A program made the translations under genes and the position numbers. Under the pieces are notes generated by a model, which saw nothing but the letters and a program-made list of their open reading frames with translations, was not told the origin of the DNA and ran no database searches. This document shows, piece by piece, positions 8,915 to 17,104 of a stretch of 64,000 bases of DNA (its first letter is position 1; each line of letters begins with the position of its first letter). Source of the DNA: a virus; IMG/VR virus record IMGVR_UViG_3300044835_000075, positions 1-64,000 of that record; one strand, given 5' to 3'.

Positions 8915-10969
8915 ATGTCCAAGCCCGAGATCAACTTGTGGGAGGTGCTCTACCGCAAGCGGCTCGGCCTCGGCCCCTTCTACGTCGGGGTCGGTGCCGC
9001 CGCGCTTGCGGGGCTCTCCTCCCTGCTCGGCGACGTCGAAACGATCATCGCCGTCGTGGCGGTAGCTCTCGCGCTCGGCGCTTGGGCACACACCCGCGTG
9101 AAGGACGGCCTGCGCCGTGGCTACGCCTTCACCGTCATCGGCTCGTCGGCGCTCTGGATCATCGTCGCCCACCTGTACTCGACCAGCCTGCTCTCCGCCC
9201 TGATCGTGGCGAACCTGTCCGCCACGCTCGTGCTGGGCATCGGCTGGTGGACCTCGCACCGCCAGCGTGCCCAGGTCCGCATGGCCGAGGCGCTCAAGGA
9301 CTGGCCGGAGCTGGTCAAGCGGATCAACTACGACAAGATCCCCGCGCCGGGTGTCACCATCTCCCCCATCGGCTACGGCGGCAAGCTCAAGTGGGCGCCG
9401 GGCGAGTACGACGTCGCCGACATCATCCGGGACAAGGGCAAGTTCGAGAACATGCTGGGCGCCGACCACGGCCAGATGCGGATGGAGCGCGACGGCAAGT
9501 CGACGAACTCGGTGAAGTTCCAGGTCATCACCAACGACCCGCACTCGCTGGCGCAGGACTGGGCGCCGCCGACGTCGGTCGTCCAGGCGACGGACCCGCT
9601 GGCGATCGGTCCGCGTGAGGACGGGATCGTCGCGACGATCCGCCGATTCGAGCGCAACTCCGGTGTCCGGCACGCCCTGATCGCGGGAGCCACGGAGTCG
9701 GGCAAGTCGAGCCTGGTCAACCTCATGGTCGCCACGGACGTCTGCTCGGATGAGGTGTTCCAGATCGGGTTCGACTTCAAGCAGGTCGAGTTGACCCCGT
9801 GGGAGCGGGCGATGGGGTTCGTGATCACCAAGGTCCCCAGCGCTGTGGAGATGGTGCGCGGGTTCGCCGCGCCGGGCGGCTTGCTGGAGACGCGGGGCGA
9901 CATCCTCGCGGAGCGTGGCCGCCGGGAAGGCAAGGGTGTCCGGATATGGGACACGAAGAAAGACGGCCCGATCATTTCCATTGTCGTCGACGAGGCGAAG
10001 GATTTGCTTGGAACGACTGATTCCAAGACGGTTGATGCCTTTGCCTTGATCGCGACAAAGGGTCGCGCGCTGGGTGTCCGTTTCGTTATCGCTACGCAAT
10101 TCCCGACGCTTGAGGCTATCGGTTCTTCGCAGATCCGCCAGCAGGTCCGGCACCGGTTCTGCTTCCGGATGCAGGACTCGGCCGGGGAGAGCTTCGTGAT
10201 GCCGGGGCACCGCGTGCGGGCCGAGGCGATCGACGCGGAGCGCAAGGGCACGTGCTACATGCTCGACGGCGACCGGCTGGAGTCGATGCCGATCCGGGTC
10301 TACTGGATCGACGACGACATGGTCGCCGCCGTCGTCGCGGCCCGCGCGGGCCGGACGCCGGAACTCGACGCGCGCAGCGCCGAGGCGATCGAGCTGTACT
10401 TCCCGGATTTCGCGAACCGCATGGTGCGCATCCCGGAGCCGACCGGGACGAGTACCGGGACTGACGGCGGGACCGGGACCGGGACTAGTCCCGGGACTGA
10501 TGACGGCGGGACCGGGACTAGTCCCGGGACGACCGGGACCGACGTCGGGACTGTCCCGGCCGGTGATGAGGAGGGCGACGCGATGGCCGGGACTGGCGAC
10601 GAGTGGGTCGACTTGAACAAGGGCCCGCAGGTGGAGATCGAGGACGTCATGGCGTCCCGGGACTCGCACCTGACCGAAGAGGAGCGGGAGCGGCTGGAGC
10701 GGGACCGGCGGGTGGCGTTGGCCGAGGTCCCGGGACAGCGGTTGAACGAGGAGCAGGCCCGGGACGCGTTGATCCGGGCGCTGGAGGCGGCGGGACCGGA
10801 GGGCGCGAAGGCGAAGGATCTTCAGGTTGCGGCTGACCGCTCGTCGAGCTGGTTCTACAAGGTCGCGGCGCAGATGGCCGAGGACGGAATCGTGAAGCGG
10901 ACGACGCGAGGCAAGTGGATGATCCTCAAGCCGAAACTGTCGTTGGTGACTACCGCACCGAAGGGGTAG
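8915..10969 (+). CDS. traB: FtsK/SpoIIIE-family conjugal DNA translocase (Streptomyces TraB type)
   Basis: N-terminal TMs, Walker A GATESGKS, Walker B IVVDEA, KGRALGVRFVIATQ, C-terminal wHTH (SSSWFYK..GIVKR..GKW). Confidence 0.85.
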   Translation: MSKPEINLWEVLYRKRLGLGPFYVGVGAAALAGLSSLLGDVETIIAVVAVALALGAWAHTRVKDGLRRGYAFTVIGSSALWIIVAHLYSTSLLSALIVANLSATLVLGIGWWTSHRQRAQVRMAEALKDWPELVKRINYDKIPAPGVTISPIGYGGKLKWAPGEYDVADIIRDKGKFENMLGADHGQMRMERDGKSTNSVKFQVITNDPHSLAQDWAPPTSVVQATDPLAIGPREDGIVATIRRFERNSGVRHALIAGATESGKSSLVNLMVATDVCSDEVFQIGFDFKQVELTPWERAMGFVITKVPSAVEMVRGFAAPGGLLETRGDILAERGRREGKGVRIWDTKKDGPIISIVVDEAKDLLGTTDSKTVDAFALIATKGRALGVRFVIATQFPTLEAIGSSQIRQQVRHRFCFRMQDSAGESFVMPGHRVRAEAIDAERKGTCYMLDGDRLESMPIRVYWIDDDMVAAVVAARAGRTPELDARSAEAIELYFPDFANRMVRIPEPTGTSTGTDGGTGTGTSPGTDDGGTGTSPGTTGTDVGTVPAGDEEGDAMAGTGDEWVDLNKGPQVEIEDVMASRDSHLTEEERERLERDRRVALAEVPGQRLNEEQARDALIRALEAAGPEGAKAKDLQVAADRSSSWFYKVAAQMAEDGIVKRTTRGKWMILKPKLSLVTTAPKG
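10441..10800 (+). repeat. Cluster of about 12 CCGGGAC repeats inside the traB linker
   Basis: e.g. gaccgggaccgggactagtcccgggac; encodes GTGTSPGT. Confidence 0.8.
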
Positions 10970-11019
10970 TCGGAGAAGGTTCTACCGCGCGGGGTGAGCG
11001 AGTTCGATGCTCACCCCGC

Positions 11020-11170
11020 GTAATCGTCCAGTGGACAAACTCGATCGTCCACCGGCCTCGAAATGTCCGTTTTCCATCGTCCAGTGGACAGTGGAAAGTG
11101 ATCGTTTACCTGTAATAACTCCCCCAGCCCCCTCGCTCGCGGGACAGTGGACGATCTGATCGTCCACTCT
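11020..11170. repeat. ATCGTCCA / CAGTGGA iteron-like repeats downstream of traB
   Basis: ATCGTCCA at about 11023, 11044, 11076, 11159, inverted at about 11148; near-palindrome GTCCAGTGGAC twice. Confidence 0.7.
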
Positions 11171-11550
11171 CACGCTCCGTGAGGCATTGCGCCCGGCTGT
11201 TCACTGTGAGCGCCGGGCGTTTCCGTGCCCGGGAGCGGACGTCTCGGGTGCCGCGCCCGCCACGCGACGCCACGAACGACGTACGCGGCGTGGCTGTCGG
11301 AAAATCCATGCTTCGGCTCGGCGTCGCTCGGTTCGGCGGGCGGCATCTCGGGAAGTCGGCCGGGGTAGCTCGCGGCGGGGTACCCGGCGTCGCGGAGCAA
11401 CTCGTCGAGCACGTCGTAGAGCGGGTCTCCGGCGTCAACCCAGAGGTGACGGTCAGTGGTCCCGCCGTTGGCGATGTAGCGGATCCGTCCCGCCTCGCCC
11501 CGGCGACGCCAGGCGTTGCGGATGACGGGTGTCCCGGTCAGTGCGGGCAT
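11170..11550 (-). CDS. Hypothetical protein
   Basis: SD AGGAAGG before ATG. Confidence 0.55.
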   Translation of the reverse strand: MPALTGTPVIRNAWRRRGEAGRIRYIANGGTTDRHLWVDAGDPLYDVLDELLRDAGYPAASYPGRLPEMPPAEPSDAEPKHGFSDSHAAYVVRGVAWRARHPRRPLPGTETPGAHSEQPGAMPHGA

Positions 11551-11840
11551 CGGGTGGTCCTTCCTGTCCCGGTGGTCCCGGGACTTCTCTGAGCTGGGAT
11601 TCCATGATGTCCCGGGACTGGTCCCGGTGGTTGTCCCGGTCTGGTCCCGGTGTCCCGGGACCGAGTCCCGGGACTTGTCCCGGTCTAGTCCCGGGTGGAG
11701 TCCCGGGACTGCGGGGGCGGGGTGAAGGTCCCGGGTGCGTCGGGGATGAACGCACCGGGATCGGGGTTGTCGGTGTCGATCTCGATGTCCCGGTCGTCCC
11801 GGTAGGACGTCCCGGTCCCGGTCCCGGGACTAGTCCCGGT
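11530..11840 (-). repeat. Cluster of about 18 CCGGGAC repeats on the minus strand (clt/TRS-like)
   Basis: gtcccgg repeated densely, often as the palindrome GTCCCGGGAC. Confidence 0.8.
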
Positions 11841-12044
11841 ACTCGGCTCGTCGGTGGAGGAGGCGAGGAACCATCCCCAGAGGACGAGGGCGAGTCCGGC
11901 GAAGAGGCTGAGCGACCAGGGACCGAATACGACGATGAAGGTGGCGACGATGGCGAGGGAGCCGAGGGCGGCGAGGGCGATGCCGGTCAGTTCGATGCGG
12001 CGGCGGCGCGCTTCGATGGCCCGTCGGTGCTGGGGTTCGGTCAT
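11685..12044 (-). CDS. Two-TM membrane protein with GTSPGT repeat tail
   Basis: Hydrophobic helices; SD GGAAGG. Confidence 0.6.
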   Translation of the reverse strand: MTEPQHRRAIEARRRRIELTGIALAALGSLAIVATFIVVFGPWSLSLFAGLALVLWGWFLASSTDEPSTGTSPGTGTGTSYRDDRDIEIDTDNPDPGAFIPDAPGTFTPPPQSRDSTRD

Positions 12045-12063
12045 GGCGAGAGTCGTGCCTTCC

Positions 12064-12083
12064 TGTGGATAACCTGTGGATAA
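12064..12083 (-). promoter_or_regulatory. Two tandem perfect DnaA boxes (TTATCCACA)
   Basis: TGTGGATAA at 12064-12072 and 12075-12083. Confidence 0.65.
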
Positions 12084-12137
12084 CGTGGTGTCGGCTCCCC
12101 GCCCGGCCAATGAGGCAGCGGGTGGGGAGCCGAGGTT

Positions 12138-12341
12138 TCAGGAGACTTTCGCACCCTTGGGGTAGTGGCGAACGGTCTCGATTTCCGCGATCATGTCCGA
12201 CGGGCGATCTGCCTTGTTGTTCTGCTCGTCGCGCAATTCTTTTGCCGTCTCGAATGACTCCGTCGTCGCCAGGGTGAATCGGTCGGAATAGCGGCCGATG
12301 TAGACGATGTAGTTCTCGTTCGCCTTTTTGTTGAGCGCCAT
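12138..12341 (-). CDS. Hypothetical protein
   Basis: Promoter copy, GTTCCGC leader, SD GAGGAG. Confidence 0.7.
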   Translation of the reverse strand: MALNKKANENYIVYIGRYSDRFTLATTESFETAKELRDEQNNKADRPSDMIAEIETVRHYPKGAKVS

Positions 12342-12387
12342 GACGGGGTCTCCTCGGTTCGATTTGGTCGGTTGCGGAACTAGGGAT

Positions 12388-12417
12388 AGACTAGCCGACG
12401 TATAGCCGGTTAGTCAA
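12388..12417 (-). promoter_or_regulatory. Promoter/operator repeat, class A
   Basis: TTGACT AACCG-N9-CGGC TAGTCT. Confidence 0.8.
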
Positions 12418-12449
12418 CACCCGCACTCGAACGAGGAGGAACTCAACGC

Positions 12450-13307
12450 ATGATGGGACACGACCACGCCCGGTCAGGAGTACCGGCCGCCTGCGTCGCC
12501 GTACTGGTGGCGCGCGCGTTCGGCGAGGATCTGTCGGTGTTCATGATCGCGCTCAGCATCGTGCTCACCTGCGGCGCCGCACTGCTGCCCGATCTCGACC
12601 ACCCGTCCGCCACGGCCGCCCACACGTTCGGCCCGATCACGCGCGGCATCGCCGAGGTGCTCAACGGGTTCGGCGAATGGCTGTACTACCGGACGCGGTC
12701 GAACGCGGACAAGCCGCACATCAAGGACGGGCACCGGACGTTCAGCCACACCGTCGTCTTCGCTCTCCTGGCGGGGGTTTTCGTGGCCCTGGCTTGCTCT
12801 CTCGGCGGCAAATGGGCGCTTCTGGTGACCCTGTTCATCCTGGCGTCGCTGGCCCTGCGCGGCGCGGCAGGGCACCACGGGCACGGCCGACGGCGGCACC
12901 GTCTTCTGCCGCGTCTTCCACGCGGCCCGATCGGCATTTCGTTCGCCGCCGCCGCACTGAGCGCGGCCGCGTACTTCCTCATGCCGACCACGGTCAACGG
13001 CGTGTTCATCGGCATCTGCGTCGCGGTCGGCTGCATCACGCACGACCTCGGGGACGCGTGCACCCTGTACGGCGATCCGCTGTTCTGGCCGCTCCCGATC
13101 AAGGGGCAGCGCTGGTACCTGGTCGGCACGCCGCGTGCTCTTCGGTTCCGCACCGGCAACGGGCCGGAGCACGTCGGCGAGCGGCGGTTCCGGGTGCTGC
13201 TCAACATCGTCACGGTGATCCTGCTCGTGACGCTGGCGCCGGGGTCGTGGACGTGGCTGTTCGAGGTGGGGCAGCGCGGTTGGTCGACGGTTGTGGCGTT
13301 GGTCTAG
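12450..13307 (+). CDS. YdjM-like membrane metal-dependent hydrolase
   Basis: MMGHDH, ALLPDLDHP, HRTFSH, HDLGD..T..G.PLFWP motifs. Confidence 0.8.
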   Translation: MMGHDHARSGVPAACVAVLVARAFGEDLSVFMIALSIVLTCGAALLPDLDHPSATAAHTFGPITRGIAEVLNGFGEWLYYRTRSNADKPHIKDGHRTFSHTVVFALLAGVFVALACSLGGKWALLVTLFILASLALRGAAGHHGHGRRRHRLLPRLPRGPIGISFAAAALSAAAYFLMPTTVNGVFIGICVAVGCITHDLGDACTLYGDPLFWPLPIKGQRWYLVGTPRALRFRTGNGPEHVGERRFRVLLNIVTVILLVTLAPGSWTWLFEVGQRGWSTVVALV

Positions 13308-13370
13308 GCTCGATCCCGGAGTACCCCGGAAGGTCCCTGGCGAGAGCCACATCACCGGGGTTGTGGAGAC

Positions 13371-13407
13371 ACAAAAGCCCCCGCCGGTCACCCGGCGGGG
13401 GCTTTGT
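13371..13407. terminator. Bidirectional intrinsic terminator
   Basis: ACAAAAGCCCCCGCCGG-tcac-CCGGCGGGGGCTTTGT between convergent genes. Confidence 0.8.
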
Positions 13408-13416
13408 CGTTCCTGG

Positions 13417-13707
13417 CTAGCGGGGCAGGGCCGCCGCGTCTTCGGCGGCCTGGACCGGATTGGCCGACTTCGAGCCGTAGAACACGTTCGCGCCCTCGGG
13501 GGCGTCGGCCAGGATCAGCCGGACGTGGCGCCGGTCGCGGGCCGCCGCGTCGTGCCAGAGCTGCCTGGCCATGGTGAGCGTGGTGCCGGTGAAGCCGCCG
13601 ATGCGGACCCACTGGGAAAACGACTCGTTGAACGCCTGCAACTCGAAGGAGATGTTTTCCTCGACCAGGGAGGCGGTGGCGAAGGCGAAGGTTTCGGCGG
13701 CGTTCAT
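13417..13707 (-). CDS. Hypothetical protein
   Basis: Promoter copy and SD GAGGAG. Confidence 0.7.
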   Translation of the reverse strand: MNAAETFAFATASLVEENISFELQAFNESFSQWVRIGGFTGTTLTMARQLWHDAAARDRRHVRLILADAPEGANVFYGSKSANPVQAAEDAAALPR

Positions 13708-13728
13708 GGGGTTCTCCTCGGTTCGGCG

Positions 13729-13836
13729 GGTCGCTTGCGGTACCTCTAAAAGATAGCCTGTTCGGGAGCGGCTTGTCAACCCCCGAGCAGCAGAAAACCC
13801 CCGCCGGGTTTCGGCGAGGGCATTTCTGCTGGTCAG
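13729..13836 (-). repeat. 108-bp stop-terminator-promoter-leader unit, copy 1
   Basis: About 8 mismatches to 14633-14740. Confidence 0.9.
13750..13779 (-). promoter_or_regulatory. Promoter/operator repeat, class A
   Basis: TTGACA AGCCG-N9-AGGC TATCTT. Confidence 0.8.
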
Positions 13837-14189
13837 AGCATACTTCCGATCATCTTCGCGAGTGCGCAACTGGTGTCGGCCATCTCAGCTCGCTTGTACT
13901 TCGCGGCGTCGGCGGCGATCCAGAGCATTTTCGCGGCGTCGGCGTTGGCTTTCGCCATCCCCTCCCGCTCAGCCTGGCGTGCGGCCAGGTGCTCGGGGGC
14001 GAAGTCCTGCGGGACCTTCTCGGCGATGAACACTTCATCGACCATGCCGGTGCGGGTGACGATCTCGCCGTTGCTCATGAGCACGGTGACCTGAGTGCCG
14101 CTGGTGCGGGCGACGACCAGGCCGTGGGCGTTCTTCTCGGGGATGTGCAGGAAGTCGCCGACGATGACGGCGGCGGGGGCGACGAGCAT
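13833..14189 (-). CDS. Hypothetical protein
   Basis: SD AGAGG; GC3-rich frame. Confidence 0.65.
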   Translation of the reverse strand: MLVAPAAVIVGDFLHIPEKNAHGLVVARTSGTQVTVLMSNGEIVTRTGMVDEVFIAEKVPQDFAPEHLAARQAEREGMAKANADAAKMLWIAADAAKYKRAEMADTSCALAKMIGSML

Positions 14190-14259
14190 GACGGGCCTCT
14201 TTCTCGGGGTGTGAAGTAGAGGGTGAAGTGGGGCCCGCGCGGCGGCGGGCCCCGGTCGA

Positions 14260-14616
14260 CTAGGCGTTGGTGACGGGGGTGAGCAGGTAGTCGAGGAAGG
14301 TCATGCCCTCGGGCAGGACGAACGCGGGGCGGGCCGCGTCCTCGGCGGCGCGGATGGCAGCGTCGCGGTCACGATTGGCCTTGGCGGCGGCGAGGATGCG
14401 CACGGCGTAGCGGCGGACGAGGCCGGGGTTAGTGGCGGGGGTGATGGTGCCGATGTGGCCCATGGCGAAGCCGAAGACCTCGCGGCCGTACACGGTGACG
14501 GTGCCGATGGTGGTCTCGATGACCACGCCATCGCGGCCCTGGTGGCAGACGGTGTAGACGTCGACGAGGTGTGCGTCACCGATGACGGTGGCGATGGTCT
14601 GCGGGGTGAAGTGCAT
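14260..14616 (-). CDS. Hypothetical protein
   Basis: Promoter copy and SD GAGGAG. Confidence 0.7.
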   Translation of the reverse strand: MHFTPQTIATVIGDAHLVDVYTVCHQGRDGVVIETTIGTVTVYGREVFGFAMGHIGTITPATNPGLVRRYAVRILAAAKANRDRDAAIRAAEDAARPAFVLPEGMTFLDYLLTPVTNA

Positions 14617-14632
14617 CGTGATCTCCTCGGCT

Positions 14633-14740
14633 GGTCGCTTGCGGTACCTCTAAAAGATAGCCTGTCCGGGAGCGGCTTGTCAACCCCTGGGCAGAAGAAA
14701 GCCCCCGCCGGGTTCCGGCGAGGGCGTCTCTGCTGGTCAG
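14633..14740 (-). repeat. 108-bp stop-terminator-promoter-leader unit, copy 2
   Basis: Near-identical to 13729-13836. Confidence 0.9.
14654..14683 (-). promoter_or_regulatory. Promoter/operator repeat, class A
   Basis: TTGACA AGCCG-N9-AGGC TATCTT. Confidence 0.8.
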
Positions 14741-15057
14741 GCTTTCGGTTCGTACAGCGGCAGATCCTTGTCCTCCACCACCAACGCGTAGCCCCGGTAC
14801 CCGAGCATCTCGGAGGCCTTGAGGAAGCGCCAGTTCGAGACGTCGTCGTTCTCCCGGTAGACGCCGCTGGTCAGATCCAGTTCCGAGAACAGGCGGGTCT
14901 CCCCCGTCTTGCGGTGCCGGTAGAGGCTGGTCCGCATACGCATCGCCTCGGTGACCGCCTCCGTGTGGTCCTCGGTGTTGAGGAAGATCCGCTCGTGGGT
15001 CGGCAGGTCGGTGAGCAGCTTGCCGTCGTTGTCAACGGTGCGCAGAACGTGGTACAT
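14737..15057 (-). CDS. Hypothetical protein
   Basis: SD AGGAGG preceded by GTTCCGCAC. Confidence 0.7.
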   Translation of the reverse strand: MYHVLRTVDNDGKLLTDLPTHERIFLNTEDHTEAVTEAMRMRTSLYRHRKTGETRLFSELDLTSGVYRENDDVSNWRFLKASEMLGYRGYALVVEDKDLPLYEPKA

Positions 15058-15091
15058 GGGGTCCTCCTGGTTGTGTGCGGAACGGGATGGG

Positions 15092-15433
15092 TCAGCGGAT
15101 GGCGAGAGTGTCGAGGATGTCCAGCTCGGCGCGGCGGGCGTCGAGGCCGGACTGCCTGCGGAAGTGCGCGAGACTGATGCGCAGGTCGGCCTCGGGCACG
15201 CCGGTCAGGGTGGCGAGTCGCTCGGCGCGCGGCGCCGGGAGGGGCAGCTTGCCGTCGACGTAGGCGAAGACGTCGTCCCATGCGGCGGCGAAGGTGTCGT
15301 AGCGGCCGACGGTGTCGCCGTCGTCGAGGCGGGCGACGGTGTAGCGGCCGCCGATCTCGGCGACGACACCGAAGTTGCCGTGTCGGGCGACTGTCAGAGG
15401 GGCTTTGCGTGTGGGGGCTGCTGTCGCGGTCAT
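15092..15433 (-). CDS. Hypothetical protein (leaderless)
   Basis: ATG 10 nt after promoter dyad. Confidence 0.65.
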   Translation of the reverse strand: MTATAAPTRKAPLTVARHGNFGVVAEIGGRYTVARLDDGDTVGRYDTFAAAWDDVFAYVDGKLPLPAPRAERLATLTGVPEADLRISLAHFRRQSGLDARRAELDILDTLAIR

Positions 15434-15438
15434 GAGAT

Positions 15439-15468
15439 AAGTAAACCGCGATGACAGCGGCTTGTCAA
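15439..15468 (-). promoter_or_regulatory. Promoter/operator repeat, class B
   Basis: TTGACA AGCCG-N9-CGGTT TACTT. Confidence 0.8.
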
Positions 15469-15520
15469 CCCATGGACAGAAGAAAACCCCCACCGTGGCG
15501 GGGGCTCTCCTGTCAGGTGG

Positions 15521-15772
15521 TCAGCCCGCGAAGGTCATGATCCAGATGACGGCCTCGCGGAACTGGATGATCTCGAAGTCCTGCTTCTCGCCGTCCCACG
15601 TCCGGGCGGCGAAGCCGGAGCCTGCGGCGTTGAGGACGACGTAACCCTCGGACATGCTCAGCCGTGCGGCGTCGCGGATCTTCCACTCGCCCGACTTGAC
15701 CAGGGTGACGTTGGCGACCTTGCCGTTGCCGCGTTCGCCGGTGATCTGAACTTCGAACTCGGTGTGCACCAC
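15521..15772 (-). CDS. Hypothetical protein
   Basis: Promoter copy and SD GAGGAG. Confidence 0.65.
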   Translation of the reverse strand: MVHTEFEVQITGERGNGKVANVTLVKSGEWKIRDAARLSMSEGYVVLNAAGSGFAARTWDGEKQDFEIIQFREAVIWIMTFAG

Positions 15773-15808
15773 GGGTTTCTCCTCTGCGCTCGTCGTGCGG
15801 AACATGGA

Positions 15809-15838
15809 TAGCTAACCATGCTGAGCGCGGCTTGTCAA
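15809..15838 (-). promoter_or_regulatory. Promoter/operator repeat, class B
   Basis: TTGACA AGCCG-N9-TGGTT AGCTA. Confidence 0.8.
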
Positions 15839-16026
15839 CCCTGGTGACGTTGCGAGTTCCAGCGAGTGGACTCAGAGCTGCGGGAGCACGCGCGGACGTC
15901 GTCGACGCTGGCGTGCCTGCCGTGGCAGTGCCCGCACGCGATGCGGCCGCGCTGGGGCGGCGGACTCGGGACGGGCCGCGCCGGTGGCGGGCCGGGTACG
16001 GGGCGATTGACGGCGGGTGCGGACAT
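15835..16026 (-). CDS. Small Pro-rich protein with CGHCHGRH..VRAC metal-binding motif
   Basis: Motif shared with 40920-41267. Confidence 0.5.
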   Translation of the reverse strand: MSAPAVNRPVPGPPPARPVPSPPPQRGRIACGHCHGRHASVDDVRACSRSSESTRWNSQRHQG

Positions 16027-16034
16027 GGCGGGGC

Positions 16035-16457
16035 CTACCCGTTCTCTGCGGTGATGCGGCGGGAGAAGTCGACAGCAGTGACGTGGCCATCCTCGTCGAC
16101 ACGGACCCAGGTCTGGTAGTCGTGCGAGTCGGCGTACATGCCAGCCCAGCGCTGGATCACAGCGTCGGCTTCCTCGGCGGAGCGCCTGCCTGCCAGGATC
16201 ATCGCGGGAACTTCCACGCGGACCGTCTCGATTCGGGAATCCACCGGCCACACCTGGACGTCGTCGGGCGTGGTGACGCTCTGCGGCTCCCACTCCCCCG
16301 ACTCGTCGACGCGCGCGTCACCGAAGGCCTGGTGGCAGATCCGGCCGGGCATGTCGTCGTGGTTCTCGAAGTCCTCCAGAGCTTCCTCGGGAGACTCGGC
16401 CTCGATCCTCAAGACCGCGCTCACGGTCTGGGTGATGTGGACCAGGTAGGTGGGCAT
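16035..16457 (-). CDS. Hypothetical protein
   Basis: Promoter copy and SD GAGGAG. Confidence 0.7.
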   Translation of the reverse strand: MPTYLVHITQTVSAVLRIEAESPEEALEDFENHDDMPGRICHQAFGDARVDESGEWEPQSVTTPDDVQVWPVDSRIETVRVEVPAMILAGRRSAEEADAVIQRWAGMYADSHDYQTWVRVDEDGHVTAVDFSRRITAENG

Positions 16458-16492
16458 CGCGGGCTCCTCGGGTTGTCGATGCGGAACAACCT

Positions 16493-16522
16493 AAGTAAAC
16501 CATTCTGAGAGCGGCTAGTCAA
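16493..16522 (-). promoter_or_regulatory. Promoter/operator repeat, class B
   Basis: TTGACT AGCCG-N9-TGGTT TACTT. Confidence 0.8.
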
Positions 16523-16608
16523 CTACCCCGGCGCGTCGAGCGCCCAACTCCCCCGCCCGGCTGGATACTGGCCAGGCATCCGGATGCCACTACCAGGGAG
16601 AACGCACC

Positions 16609-17076
16609 ATGAGCTCACTTCGGGACGCCAGCGGCAACGTCCTCAACAAGACCCAGCTGCTGGCGCTGATGACGGCCCAGACGGCCCAGACGGTCTACAC
16701 CGCGAACGCCAACGTCGACCAGCGCTTCACCTACGACGGCGGCGCGTTTGAAGACGGCGACCGGTCGCTGTTCTACGCCGGTCAGACGGGCATCACGCAG
16801 GCCTTCATCGACGGCCTCTTCCTGACGGCGACCGCCGACGCCATCGCCCCCGCGACCGGCCTCGCCGCCGGTGGCACGAACGTCGTCATCACCGGTACGA
16901 ACCTCGCCGGTTCGGCGGGCGTCACGTTCGGCGGCGTCGCGGCGACCAACTTCGTGGTCACCTCGAACACCACCATCACGTGCACCGCCCCCGCGCACGC
17001 GGCCGGTGCCGTCTCCGTGGTCGTCAAGGACGACGCGGGCGACATCACCAAGGCGGCCTTCTATACCTACACCTGA
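16609..17076 (+). CDS. IPT/TIG (Ig-like) domain protein, possibly virion-associated
   Basis: IAPATGLAAGGTNVVITGTNL..VTFGG..SNTTITCTAPAHAAGAVSVVV..FYTY. Confidence 0.8.
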   Translation: MSSLRDASGNVLNKTQLLALMTAQTAQTVYTANANVDQRFTYDGGAFEDGDRSLFYAGQTGITQAFIDGLFLTATADAIAPATGLAAGGTNVVITGTNLAGSAGVTFGGVAATNFVVTSNTTITCTAPAHAAGAVSVVVKDDAGDITKAAFYTYT

Positions 17077-17104
17077 CAGGCGGCCAGCGGACGCGCTGGC
17101 GCAG

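Noticed and set aside
7748-10669. Long antisense ORFs (973 aa here; also 38359-40860, 1148-2875, 57143-59053 and others)
   Set aside because: In-register shadows of real high-GC genes with no recognisable motifs or start signals. The 2909-3772 ORF differs in having clear domains while its sense counterpart lacks them.
6721-12083. Complete integrated AICE or plasmid
   Set aside because: No integrase, excisionase, Rep or att duplication seen; only the transfer functions are present.
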